From contig DASPSR010000064.1 of the NCBI GenBank assembly GCA_035623825.1, positions 1 to 58,460 on the forward strand: a stretch of 58,460 bases of DNA, given 5' to 3'. Shown in pieces: positions 20,278-30,112 of this stretch; within the stretch, counting starts at the first letter, position 1, and every line of letters starts with the position of its first letter. The DNA comes from Nitrospirota bacterium (GTDB lineage: Bacteria > Nitrospirota > UBA9217). Made by a program: the position numbers and the translations under genes. The notes beneath the pieces are model-generated. The model ran no database searches, was not told where the DNA came from, and worked only from the letters and a program-made list of their open reading frames with translations.

Positions 20278-20403
20278 TTTTTCTCTCTCTCAGAAGCATT
20301 GGGACAGACTTCGCTATGCTATTCGGACCACCCGTACGCTTCCATTTCTTATGTACTTGAGTTTTTTGGTCCATTTTCGGTCCTACTCGTCCTTTTCCCT
20401 GTC

Positions 20404-23076
20404 TTATCCCAGCTTCTCGAGCACTTCCCGCACCAGAACTGCGACAAGAAGAGATACAAACAGACTGGAAAAACCGTAGAACACGATGTTATCCCTTCTG
20501 GACCTTTTCAGTTCACCTGGATTCGGTATATGCGGTACGAAGATAATGGGCAAACCGAATTTTTTGAGCGAATCGATGCTTTTGACGGATTTATTGATGC
20601 TGTCAAGGACAATGATAAAACCGAATGCACCTGCAAGTCCAATAAAGATCCCGATCAGCATTATCTTCAGGCGGTCTGGGCTAACGGGCTTAAAAGGCAG
20701 GATTGCGGGATCCACGATCCTGAATCTACCCACCCTGTCCTGGATCTCCGCCTGTGTGGACACCTGCGATATGCCGTAAGCCGATGCCAGTTCGTCGTAA
20801 ATCCTTTTGTTTGTATCGCGCTCACGCTCGAGTTCCGCCAGACGGGTCTTTACATTGGAATCTGGCATCAGAGCGGCTTTAGTCGTTCCTTTTGACTGCT
20901 TTGCGGCAACATCGTCAACCGGCGGCTTATACGGATTTGCCTTTATCTTCGCCTTGAGTGTTTCGATCTCCGCCTTTACCTTGACCACCTCTGGAAAGGT
21001 ATCCGTGTAGTGGACTAGGAGATAATCAAGCCTTTTTTGAAGCTTTTTGAGTTCAACTAATCTCTCATCGCCGGCGATGATCCGGTTATTCTTCATAAGC
21101 TCTGCTTCATCCTCCTTTTTCTTCATAAGCTCTGCTTGATCTTCCTTTTCCGTCAGCCGCACGATTTCCTCGTCGAGTTTGCCTGCTTTGGCCTTGAAAA
21201 GATTGATCTGGTCAAGGAGAAAACTGTTCGCGCCGGTCGACTCCTCTCTCTTGTACCTGAGGCTCTCTTCTATGTATCTTCCGATCAGGGTATTCACGTA
21301 ATCCCTTGCAATCTTTGGGTCCCGGTCCTGAAATGATACGGTGAAAAAGTCCACATCGTTCCTGCTCACCTTGTTGAACTCGATCTTGACCTCCGTCCTG
21401 TTTTGGACGCTTTTGATCAGTTTCTCAATTTCGGCTTCGCTTTTCTTGTTCACTTCGAGGTCGAGATCGCTGATCACTTTGTAAATGAGGGTTCTGCTGT
21501 TTAAGACTGTGGAAAGGGCGCTCACCTTGGAGTCTACTGACGGAGACACGGCGAGACCTTTACTGATATCGTTTAGAAAATTCTTCTCGATGGAGACGAG
21601 GATCTTGGCCTCATAGAGTGGAGGTATGACATGGCTGATGATGAATGCCGCGGTGATGACCACAGCGGCAAGTGAAGCAAAAAGTACACGCCGTTTCCGT
21701 ATAAGGTTAAGATAGCGCTTCAAGTCAAGAGGCGTTATATCTCCAGATTGTGTTCCCCGAGGACGTTCATCCTTAACAATGATGTTCATCCCGGGTTGCT
21801 GATGTCTGCCGATACTGGAAGACGCACTTGCAAACTCTCCCTTATGATTCATTACCGTTGACTTTTCGTTTTCGGAGACCCCTCCGCCAGAGACAGTGAC
21901 CTCTTCGGAAGGTTGTTGGGGCTTCTCGTGTATCTCCTGGATCAAATCATGATTTATCTCTATCAAGTCCCTGTCCGCCGCTTTCTGAGACTGGTCGAGG
22001 CTGACGGTATTCTTCACCGCCGATTCACCCTTACTAACGTCATCTACAGGTGTCTGTGATTTTTCAATCCTTGAGATCGCCGTGCTTGTGACGGTCGCCT
22101 TTTCAGAAGTTTGATGGGGCTTCTCTTGTATCTCTTGGATCAAACCCTGATTTATTTCTATCAAGTCCTTGTCAAATGTATTCTGAGGCTTGTCAAAGTT
22201 GCGTGTATCCCTCACCACCGATTCGCCCTTACTAACGTCATCCGCAGGTGTCTGTGCTTTTTCAATCTTGGAGACCTCCGTTTCCGTGACGGCGGTCTTT
22301 TCAGAAGATTGTTGGGGCTTGTCGTGTAACGCTTGAGTCAATTCCTGATTTTTTTCTATTAAGTCCCTACCAGATGTATTCTGAGACTGGTCAAGGTTGC
22401 CGGAATTCTTCACCGCCGATTCGTTCTTACTAACGTTGTATCTAGTTGTCGGTGACTTTTCGATTCTGGGGATTCCCCCGCCAGGGATAGTGGCCCTTTC
22501 GGTAGCTTGCTGGGGTTTCTCGTGAATCTTTGGAGTCAATACCTGAAATTTTTCTATCGATTTCCTGCCACCCAGATTCACAGACTTGTCAACGTTGCCA
22601 GCATGCTTCACCGCCAATTCGTTCTTACTATCATTATTGTTAATTGTCGGTGACTTTTGGGTCCTGGGGACCCTACCGTCAGGGACAGTGGCTTTCCCGG
22701 CAGCTTGCTGTGATTTTCCGCTTAACCCGTGAACCCAATCCTGATATTTTTCTATCGATTTTTTGCCAGCCGTATTCTGAGACTGGCCAAGGCTGCCGGT
22801 ATTCTTCACCACCGATTGGTTCTTACTACCATTATTGTTAGTTGTCTGCGATTTTTCAATCTTGGGAATCCCCCCGCTAGAGACAGTAATCTTCCCGATA
22901 GACTGCTGAGGTTTTCCGCGTAACCCGTGGATCCAATCTTGATATTTTGCTATCGATTCCCCGTCAGTCGTATCCTTAGACTGGTCAACGTTGCCTGAAT
23001 TCTTCATCGCTGATTGCCTCTTACTGACAATGTCATTTTTGGTAATCGGAATATTAATGTCATTTTCATGATCCAT
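20404..23076 (-). CDS. Polysaccharide chain-length determinant (Wzz/GumC-type co-polymerase) with ~410-aa N-terminal repeat extension
   Basis: DLKRYLNLI..TM1..PPLYEA, periplasmic coiled coils, F-R-I-V-D-P-A..P..P then TM2; long hydrophilic repeat region before TM1. Confidence 0.88.
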   Translation of the reverse strand: MDHENDINIPITKNDIVSKRQSAMKNSGNVDQSKDTTDGESIAKYQDWIHGLRGKPQQSIGKITVSSGGIPKIEKSQTTNNNGSKNQSVVKNTGSLGQSQNTAGKKSIEKYQDWVHGLSGKSQQAAGKATVPDGRVPRTQKSPTINNNDSKNELAVKHAGNVDKSVNLGGRKSIEKFQVLTPKIHEKPQQATERATIPGGGIPRIEKSPTTRYNVSKNESAVKNSGNLDQSQNTSGRDLIEKNQELTQALHDKPQQSSEKTAVTETEVSKIEKAQTPADDVSKGESVVRDTRNFDKPQNTFDKDLIEINQGLIQEIQEKPHQTSEKATVTSTAISRIEKSQTPVDDVSKGESAVKNTVSLDQSQKAADRDLIEINHDLIQEIHEKPQQPSEEVTVSGGGVSENEKSTVMNHKGEFASASSSIGRHQQPGMNIIVKDERPRGTQSGDITPLDLKRYLNLIRKRRVLFASLAAVVITAAFIISHVIPPLYEAKILVSIEKNFLNDISKGLAVSPSVDSKVSALSTVLNSRTLIYKVISDLDLEVNKKSEAEIEKLIKSVQNRTEVKIEFNKVSRNDVDFFTVSFQDRDPKIARDYVNTLIGRYIEESLRYKREESTGANSFLLDQINLFKAKAGKLDEEIVRLTEKEDQAELMKKKEDEAELMKNNRIIAGDERLVELKKLQKRLDYLLVHYTDTFPEVVKVKAEIETLKAKIKANPYKPPVDDVAAKQSKGTTKAALMPDSNVKTRLAELERERDTNKRIYDELASAYGISQVSTQAEIQDRVGRFRIVDPAILPFKPVSPDRLKIMLIGIFIGLAGAFGFIIVLDSINKSVKSIDSLKKFGLPIIFVPHIPNPGELKRSRRDNIVFYGFSSLFVSLLVAVLVREVLEKLG
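21091..21150 (-). repeat. 30-bp tandem duplication in the coiled-coil region (KEDQAELMKK/KEDEAELMKN)
   Basis: cttcataagctctgcttcatcctccttttt followed by cttcataagctctgcttgatcttccttttc. Confidence 0.85.
21835..23013 (-). repeat. Six diverged tandem 198-bp (66-aa) repeats inside the chain-length gene
   Basis: The DNA motif TTC(A/T)TCACC(G/A)CCGAT..CTTACT recurs near 22011, 22209, 22406, 22604, 22802 and 23000. Protein unit: S(A/V)VKN.G.LDQSQ....DLIEKNQ.L...LH.KPQQ..EK.TV..G.I.KIEKS.T...VSK.E. Confidence 0.92.
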
Positions 23077-23102
23077 ATTGAGTCTTTCACATCCTCTCTC
23101 TT

Positions 23103-23141
23103 AAAAAACCCAACCAAGACGATAGCGTCGGGACTTGAGGG
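23103..23141 (-). terminator. Putative intrinsic terminator/attenuator in the EPS operon leader
   Basis: Minus strand CCCTCAAGTCCC-GACG-CTAT-CGTC-TTGGTTGGG-TTTTTT, ending ~25 nt upstream of the first EPS start codon. Confidence 0.45.
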
Positions 23142-23963
23142 TTTCACAGACACGGTTGCATTGGCTTTATATCCTTACCTATCCGATCGATATCATACTT
23201 ATGGTTGAAGGCATCCACACATCTCCCTCTTTTAAGCCCTTTCGCTGGTCCACTCCGTTCATACGCGAAGTCAATGCTTCTCTGGTTGGCGCTTAAGAAG
23301 AGGGACTAGGCGTCAGGCGTAATCTGGAACGTTCTTTTTCAGGTTGTAAAAATCGAGGCAAATATGATTTGTCTGTCTTTTGACCGTTTGACGTTATTTT
23401 TTAAAGGAATGATCGCGAGAATGATTAGTCCGACAATGTTATGATGCCTTATGGTAGAAGAAAGAAAAATTGCTTAATTATTCTCATGTTTCGCTGGGTA
23501 ACAGGAGTCGGCATTGCTCCGCCCTCCCACTTACACGACCATCAGGCAGGAATAATACTGCATTGAAATTACTAAAATAGCAGTAGAGTTGAATGTGAGG
23601 GCAAAATCGCTCTATTGTAAAACTTTACAACAACATCATCGTATAAGACTAATATATGTAAAATTATACTACAATATACAATTAAAGGCATAAAAATCTT
23701 TTTGTCAAGGGGTAATTTTTATTCAAAAAAATTAAGTTTGTTTTGCCAAAAACAAAAAAAAATTATCATTATATTTCAGGAACTTAATGTTTTAAACCGT
23801 TTTAGGGTATTTTCAGGGTATTTCGGAGGTATGCAACAAATTGCGACTTTGCTCAGTATTATAAAACGGATGGATGCTTGACTCGAAGCACGAATACTTA
23901 GGCCATCGAGAGGATTAAAGCCTCAACTCATAAGCAGCGCGGTACCATAGCCTTGTATTCCTG

Positions 23964-25145
23964 TTACTTCTGTTCCTCGGCTATTTCTTTGAACAGCTGT
24001 TCTGGATCAAAGGGCTGGAGCGAGGCATTAAAGCTGGCGATGCCGATCGGCGGCTCCAAGAAACGAATCTCGAACGGCATCGAGCCTTTTGATGGAATGA
24101 CTACCCCTTGATCCTGGAGGGCCCTTGCTTTGAGTTCCTGGACATTTACTCCTCTCTTGGCCAGAATCTCATAATCTTTCTTCGTATAAAGCTGTTTGCC
24201 GTTCAACATCCTCGCTTTGACAAGGACCGTACCCTGCGCATCAAATACATCGACCACAACATACCATGCGGCCTTCTCCTTATCCGCGGTATTCGATACT
24301 ACGCCACTGACAATCAGATCGTTGTTTTGGTCCATAGCCCCCGAGGCGGAGGTGATCTGCAGTCCCTCGGGCGATGTCATCGTCTTGGTCGCTACTTCGG
24401 CTTTCGATGCAGACCGCGTAAATCGGAACACATTGTATCCAACCATTCGGAGTACAAAGAACGCTGCCACCCCGAGAACGAAGATCAAAAGAACGATGAC
24501 AAGATATTTCTTCCCCGAAGAAGGACTGGCAAGAGGCGTAGCTGCAAATACATCAGCGGCCGTGGTTGCTGGACGCGCTGTGGCAGATACCCGTTCGGTC
24601 ACTGAGGCAGACGGTGGCGAAGGACGAGGGGCTTCAGGTTTGGATGGAGCTGACGGTTTTGTTTCCGGCATTGACATCGCAACAGGTTCTACTTCCACTT
24701 TGAAAGGTTCCGGGGGTTCAGGTCCCTTTACAGGCGGCACTTCTGGCGAAGACTGCGGGCTCGTCACCTGAGGTGATTCGGTATATATCTGCCCTGGCTC
24801 GAGTCCAGACTCCGGTTTCGTTACCGGCGAAGCAGGCTCCGTACGTGTCCCTTCCGTCACAGGGATTACAGGGGGTTCAGGACCTTTCACTGGCGGCACT
24901 ACAGGTATAGACTCCCGACTGGCTGCTTCTGGTGCTGTGGTCCCAAGAGTTGCCGCAGGAGCTTTTGGTTCAAGAGAGGGGAAAACGGGGGCGGCGGTTT
25001 TGGACAAATTGTATTGCTCAAAGTCTTCCCTTGTGATCCTTACATATTCGCCGCAGCGCGTGCACTTGAACTTGATGCCCGACCCGGTAATTTTTTCGTC
25101 GGCGACACGGAAAAGCTTTTTGCAGCTTCCACACCGGATTTCCAT
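23964..25145 (-). CDS. Zinc-ribbon (MJ0042-type finger) membrane protein with Pro-rich linker and DUF3426-like C-terminal domain
   Basis: N-terminal C-x2-C-x20-C-x2-C (CGSC..CTRC), long P/E/A-rich linker, one TM helix (KKYLVIVLL..), Ig-like tail VSGVVSN. Confidence 0.75.
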   Translation of the reverse strand: MEIRCGSCKKLFRVADEKITGSGIKFKCTRCGEYVRITREDFEQYNLSKTAAPVFPSLEPKAPAATLGTTAPEAASRESIPVVPPVKGPEPPVIPVTEGTRTEPASPVTKPESGLEPGQIYTESPQVTSPQSSPEVPPVKGPEPPEPFKVEVEPVAMSMPETKPSAPSKPEAPRPSPPSASVTERVSATARPATTAADVFAATPLASPSSGKKYLVIVLLIFVLGVAAFFVLRMVGYNVFRFTRSASKAEVATKTMTSPEGLQITSASGAMDQNNDLIVSGVVSNTADKEKAAWYVVVDVFDAQGTVLVKARMLNGKQLYTKKDYEILAKRGVNVQELKARALQDQGVVIPSKGSMPFEIRFLEPPIGIASFNASLQPFDPEQLFKEIAEEQK

Positions 25146-25227
25146 GCAGCAGCGCCTCCTATAAGATCCTGAATTTAATTGTCATTATTTTAGTCTATTT
25201 TTATAAAATTATCCAGCGTTCTCTGTA

Positions 25228-25413
25228 TTATTTTTTCTTCCCGCTATCCTCCGCCGGTGTCTGCTTCTTTTCACCTGCTATCCGGTATCCTTCCGAGGCC
25301 CACTTACCCAGGTCCATAAGTCTGCACCTTTCCGAACAAAAGGGCCTGAAAGGATTACCTTCCCATGCGGCCTCTTTATTACATATAGGACATTTTAATT
25401 TCTTGTCTTCCAT
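25228..25413 (-). CDS. yacG: DNA gyrase inhibitor YacG
   Basis: [23 protein letters not shown]. Confidence 0.93.
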   Translation of the reverse strand: MEDKKLKCPICNKEAAWEGNPFRPFCSERCRLMDLGKWASEGYRIAGEKKQTPAEDSGKKK

Positions 25414-25459
25414 GATTACAGTTTGTCTTCAATCTTTATCTTCTGCTTACTGCCTTATG

Positions 25460-26146
25460 TTACTTTAGGACATATGCTATGGGCACTTCGATCCATCCCC
25501 TCACATACGGCATGGGAGCGGCGCGGTAAACCGTGCGGACCGATGCAGTGTCCAGGATCTCGTATCCGGAGCTTTTGACGACTTCAACACGATCCACCTC
25601 ACCTCCGGGTCTCACGCGGAACCGTAGATGCACTACACCCTCGATGCCGCGCTCTCTGGCAATGCGCGGATAGCTTTTGACCCGCTCGATGGAGGAAACG
25701 ATGACTGCCCATTGTTCTGCAGATGCCAGTCCGAGCTGCTCATCAGAGCCCGACCCCGATGAACCTCCCCCAGGCTGTCCATGCGGTGAACCGTCATTGC
25801 CCGCATCGCCGGTGCCGACATTATTGTCTTCCGAGCCCCCTGAAAGCGTAGCATCCTCGTGTACATCCTCCTGAATGCTTTCTCCTAAAGAGGGGGTTTC
25901 CGGTCGTTCCGCAGGTGAGGCTGTTTCCTGGGTCACTTCAGGCTTGTGGACAGACAATGCCTCGCGATGCACCCTATTTTGTAAACCCCTGCCCTGACCC
26001 CCTGCTTCAGAAGAGACTAGAGACACGACAGTCACATCCCAATTGCCCCAGAGCGCACCCCTGGTGAACTGGGCAAACGCAAGGATACTTCCGAAGAACA
26101 CGATATGGGAAAAGAGAGAGATATATAGTGACCGCTGAAATGTCAT
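25460..26146 (-). CDS. tonB: TonB energy transducer
   Basis: N-terminal TM helix with S-x3-H; C-terminal YPRIARERGIEG.V..SSG..LD; directly downstream of a TonB-dependent receptor. Confidence 0.85.
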   Translation of the reverse strand: MTFQRSLYISLFSHIVFFGSILAFAQFTRGALWGNWDVTVVSLVSSEAGGQGRGLQNRVHREALSVHKPEVTQETASPAERPETPSLGESIQEDVHEDATLSGGSEDNNVGTGDAGNDGSPHGQPGGGSSGSGSDEQLGLASAEQWAVIVSSIERVKSYPRIARERGIEGVVHLRFRVRPGGEVDRVEVVKSSGYEILDTASVRTVYRAAPMPYVRGWIEVPIAYVLK

Positions 26147-26246
26147 AATGAATATATTACCACAGAGGAAACAGGAGCAAAGAGAGCCAAATAAGTCATG
26201 GTTCCCTTGTCATTTTCGGCTATGTGGCAAATTGATTTTCCGCTTA

Positions 26247-28091
26247 TTAGAATCGGACCGAAACACCTCCATACAGTTCTTCCGGAGGCATAGGATACCC
26301 TGCAATGACCTGATATTGACGGTTGAACATGTTCTTTATGCCAAAGAATACGTCGCACGTCACCTTCTGACCAAACTTGACCGGCTGCAAGATCTTTGCG
26401 TCTACCACCGTATAGCGCAGTGTCGGGTTCGGCAGTGCGGGTTGAGCATAATTTCTGACATAACGTCCTTCAACATAGATATTTGTCTTTGTAGGTAGTG
26501 TCCAATTTAAGTAGCTTTTAAGCTGATCTGCAGGAATGTTGTAAATATACAAGCCCGTTGTTTCGTCTACTGCTCTCATATACGTGTAGTTAATTGCCCA
26601 AGTGACCGGCTTGAAAGGAACGAATATGGCCTCGGTTTCCGTTCCCGTGATTTGGGCCTTCCCTATATTGATCGGGCTATAGATAAAGCTTGAGTTTGGC
26701 AGCCACTGGATAAGGTCAGAAACCTTCCGTTCGAAATACGTGAACTTGACGGAGTTTCCTTTCCCGAAAGGCTGTTCAATCCCGGCCTCGTATTCAATCG
26801 AGGTCTCAGGTTTAAGATTCGGGTTCCCCTGCTCAAAGCCGTCAAACGTCCAATAAAGCTCGTTGAGCGTGGGCGCCCTGAAAGCCTCTCCTACAGAGGC
26901 CCTGATGATCGTGCCGGCTCCGCTTACGATGTAGCGGGCACTCGCCTTGGGACTGAACCTGTCACCGTAGACCGAGTGGTCGTCGTTCCGGCCGCCTACA
27001 ACGACGATGAGCGACTCCCCGAAAGAGATCTCGTCCTGAAGATAGACTGCCCAGAGCGAGTCTGTATGTTCGCCCGCATCGGTGCTATTGACATGGTCCT
27101 GCCTCACTTCAATACCGAACGTTAAAAGGTTCCATGAATTTGCAAGCCAGTTTGTCTGGGCCTCTGCATCGTTCGTTATGCTGGTATGTTTGCTGTTCGT
27201 AGGAATCTCTGGATCTATGTAGGTGATATTCTGCCGATTCTGGTAGGCGTTCAGGCTGAGATCAAGCTCCTTGGAGAACTTTGTCTTGTATGTGAGCGAT
27301 GATATGACGTTGCGGTCCCACTGGCGTGCCAAGGGGCTCAGAAATTCTACCGAACCGGGCACCCCGATCTCCTTTCCTATCCAATCGGAATTGAATTCCA
27401 AACTGGAATCGGGGGTGATTTCATAACCAAGCTTTGCTCCCGCGGTGCTCTGATCTAGGTCACTGTTCGTCCGGAATCCGTCATACTCTTTCTTGCCCCC
27501 GTAGAGGTTATAGTAAAATTTATCGATCTTGTTCGAGTTGCTGAGCGTATAGGACTCATAACCGTGGCTGCCCCATTCGCCCGTGACCGTCGTCGTCAAA
27601 GCTGTCGGTTTCTTTGTAATGATGTTCACGACGCCACCCAGCGCGTCCGCCCCGTACAGGGCGGAAGACGGGCCGCGCACGATCTCGATCCTGTCGATGT
27701 CTTCAAGAGGTATAGGCAGATCGGACATGTCGAAGCCACCGGCACTCGATGAATTCAACCTCTTGCCGTCTATAAGAATCAGGACCTGCTCTGCGTTGGC
27801 CCCTCGTAAATTAATGCTGCTAAGAGATCCTGTTGAACCATAGTCCAGCACAGTGGCCCCGACCGTCCTTTCAATGGCATCGGACGCGGTCGTTGCACTG
27901 GACTTCTGAATGTCATCGGAGGTAATGACCGTGACAGACTGCGTTACATCCTGAGGCTCCTTTTCCGTCTTCGTGGCCGTAACAACCACTTCCTTAAGTT
28001 GTACATCGGCATCTTCCGCGGCGGCTGCTGACGCTACAGATACCGCCGTCCACAATATCATAATTACTGCAGCAATACTCCTCTTTATCAT
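26247..28091 (-). CDS. btuB: TonB-dependent cobalamin receptor
   Basis: Signal peptide, TonB box EVVVTAT, plug motif IDRIEIVRGPSSALYG..GGVVNIIT, NPNLKPE, terminal Phe; preceded by a cobalamin riboswitch. Start placed at ATG 28091. Confidence 0.88.
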   Translation of the reverse strand: MIKRSIAAVIMILWTAVSVASAAAAEDADVQLKEVVVTATKTEKEPQDVTQSVTVITSDDIQKSSATTASDAIERTVGATVLDYGSTGSLSSINLRGANAEQVLILIDGKRLNSSSAGGFDMSDLPIPLEDIDRIEIVRGPSSALYGADALGGVVNIITKKPTALTTTVTGEWGSHGYESYTLSNSNKIDKFYYNLYGGKKEYDGFRTNSDLDQSTAGAKLGYEITPDSSLEFNSDWIGKEIGVPGSVEFLSPLARQWDRNVISSLTYKTKFSKELDLSLNAYQNRQNITYIDPEIPTNSKHTSITNDAEAQTNWLANSWNLLTFGIEVRQDHVNSTDAGEHTDSLWAVYLQDEISFGESLIVVVGGRNDDHSVYGDRFSPKASARYIVSGAGTIIRASVGEAFRAPTLNELYWTFDGFEQGNPNLKPETSIEYEAGIEQPFGKGNSVKFTYFERKVSDLIQWLPNSSFIYSPINIGKAQITGTETEAIFVPFKPVTWAINYTYMRAVDETTGLYIYNIPADQLKSYLNWTLPTKTNIYVEGRYVRNYAQPALPNPTLRYTVVDAKILQPVKFGQKVTCDVFFGIKNMFNRQYQVIAGYPMPPEELYGGVSVRF

Positions 28092-28120
28092 GGTATACAT
28101 TCTCCTTTCAACGAGGTCTT

Positions 28121-28302
28121 GGGAATGATGAGGTCTCCTGGCTGAGGACCGCCTACTCACCGGCCTTCCCGGTATCGCCGTTCAAACGGTTTAAATTCCT
28201 CACACCGTTTAAACAGCCTCACCAGTGGCGTGCTCGGCTTTCGTTTCCATTACAGTTGCGTGACAGCAGGGGAATCGCACCCCTTTCCGCTTCGTCATTC
28301 CC
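28121..28302 (-). ncRNA. Cobalamin riboswitch upstream of btuB
   Basis: Minus strand GGAAAGGGGTGCGATTCCCC..GCAACTGT..GCCACTG..GGGAAGG..AGCCAGGAGACC (B12 box); P1 GGGAATGA/TCATTCCC. Confidence 0.93.
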
Positions 28303-28383
28303 TTTTGATATTAAATCTCCAAATACTCCTTTTTGCCTAGCAACAGAACATTGCTGAACTCTTCGATTCTATCGCACCTCCCT

Positions 28384-29163
28384 TCATAAAAAATTGTTCT
28401 CGTAACTGACATAAATGCCGCCGGTTCCCGACCCTTTGATTTCCACGTTCACATCGAAAGCGTGTTTAACCATTTCCCGGGTCAGAACGGTCTCCGGATC
28501 GCCTGAGGCAATTATCCTTCCGTTCTGAATGAGAATCACGCTCTCGAACTGAAGCGCAATATTGATATCGTGGAGCGCCATGACCACCGATATATTTCTC
28601 TGTTCCTTAAGCCTTCTGAGGAGCTTGAGCAGTTCGATCTGATATTTTATATCTAGGTTCGCGAGCGGCTCATCGAGCAGAAGGAGGCCTGCACCCTGAA
28701 GGAGAGTCATGGCGATAAAGGTCCTCCTCCTTTCGCCTCCGCTCAGGTCCGTTAGATGAGCATCCGCCTTATCCCTGAGCCCGACCATATCAAGGGCATC
28801 ATCAACGGTCATGGCTGGAGGGATGTCGTACGGGTAAAGCCCCATGCTCACCAGTTCCTTGATAGTGAAGGGCACAGTGATATCGAGCGTCTGCGGCAGA
28901 TAGCTGATCAGTTTCGCCCTATCGCGGTTGTTGAGCGTATGAAGGCTCTTGCCCCACAACAGCAGACTCCCGGATAGGGGTTTCAGGATTCCGCTACCCA
29001 GCTTTAGGATCGTGGACTTGCCCGATCCGTTCGCGCCGAGAAGGCCGATGAATGCTCCCTCTCCCACTGAGAAAGAGAGATCGCTGATGACTGACCTGTT
29101 CTGATCATAGGAGTAGCTTACCCCATCGAGTTCGAGTATCTTCGGTTTAGATGCTGAGGACAT
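28384..29163 (-). CDS. btuD: ABC transporter ATP-binding protein (cobalamin/Fe-siderophore family)
   Basis: GANGSGKS, LSGGE, LLLDEP, H-loop; located in a B12-riboswitch operon. Confidence 0.85.
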   Translation of the reverse strand: MSSASKPKILELDGVSYSYDQNRSVISDLSFSVGEGAFIGLLGANGSGKSTILKLGSGILKPLSGSLLLWGKSLHTLNNRDRAKLISYLPQTLDITVPFTIKELVSMGLYPYDIPPAMTVDDALDMVGLRDKADAHLTDLSGGERRRTFIAMTLLQGAGLLLLDEPLANLDIKYQIELLKLLRRLKEQRNISVVMALHDINIALQFESVILIQNGRIIASGDPETVLTREMVKHAFDVNVEIKGSGTGGIYVSYENNFL

Positions 29164-30112
29164 CTTTTCTCCTGAGCAGGTACAAAAAATACGGCGCCCC
29201 GATGATTGCGGTGATCACGCCGGCCGGGAGTTCCAGGGGCGGCAGAAGGGACCTGCTGATCAGATCGGCAATGCAAAGGAGAGCTCCGCCGCCGAGCGCC
29301 GACGCGGGTATCAACATCCTGCTGTCGGAGCCGAGGAAAAAGCGCATGATATGCGGGATGAGCAGGCCGATAAACCCGATCATGCCGCCAAGCGAAACAG
29401 AAGCCCCGGTCATCAGACCGACGGAGATGAAGAGGATGAACCGCTCGCGCCGCGGAGCAAACCCCAGGCTATGGGCGAACTCGTCGCCGAGGATCAGGGC
29501 ATTGAGCGCCTTTGCCCTCGTCGTGGAGAGAAGGATCCCAATCATGACAAAGGCCAATCCGTACGGGATCCGCGGCCATTCGGACATGGAGAGATCACCG
29601 AATATCCAGAGCATTGCCCTCCTGAGTCCCTCGTCGGTCGAGATGCTCATCATGAGCATCAAGAGCGCGGAAAAAAGAAAACTGAGCCCTACACCGGCAA
29701 GCAGCAGCCGGTCAGGCCAGAGACCACCCCGCTTCCAGCCCATCACACCCACGATTCCGCCTGTGACGAGGGCGCCGCAAAAAGCGAGCATCGGCACAGT
29801 AAACGTACCAAGAAATGTCAGCCCGCCAATGATGCCGAGCGCTGCAGACAGCGACGCGCCGCTCGAAATCCCGAGAATATAGGGATCGGCAAGCGGGTTC
29901 CGAAGTATCCCCTGAAGTACAGCGCCCGAAGCCCCGAGCGCCATTCCCATGAGCAGCGCGACCAGCACACGCGGCAGCCGTATTGAAAAAAGGATCTCCT
30001 TGTCTATATCGGTTGTGGCCATCGGCGACACGATCCGAGGCCCGAGGAAAACCGAACACAGAACGATAAGCAGGGTAACAGCGATGAGTACTAACATCCT
30101 TACTTGAGACAT
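29147..30112 (-). CDS. btuC: ABC transporter permease (FecCD/BtuC family)
   Basis: IRLPR, NPLADPYILGISSGA, GFIGLLIPH, GAPYF. Confidence 0.87.
   Translation of the reverse strand: MSQVRMLVLIAVTLLIVLCSVFLGPRIVSPMATTDIDKEILFSIRLPRVLVALLMGMALGASGAVLQGILRNPLADPYILGISSGASLSAALGIIGGLTFLGTFTVPMLAFCGALVTGGIVGVMGWKRGGLWPDRLLLAGVGLSFLFSALLMLMMSISTDEGLRRAMLWIFGDLSMSEWPRIPYGLAFVMIGILLSTTRAKALNALILGDEFAHSLGFAPRRERFILFISVGLMTGASVSLGGMIGFIGLLIPHIMRFFLGSDSRMLIPASALGGGALLCIADLISRSLLPPLELPAGVITAIIGAPYFLYLLRRKDVLSI

Noticed and set aside
24712-24900. Repeated VPPVKGPEPP segment in the zinc-ribbon protein
   Set aside because: Ordinary duplication within a low-complexity Pro-rich linker.
28092-28160. Extended btuB N-terminus from the ORF track (similar over-extensions for era, btuF, nadA, lon, tnpB and the Ehr large subunit)
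   Set aside because: The extensions run through riboswitch or intergenic sequence; downstream ATGs fit the RBS position and/or family N-termini better.
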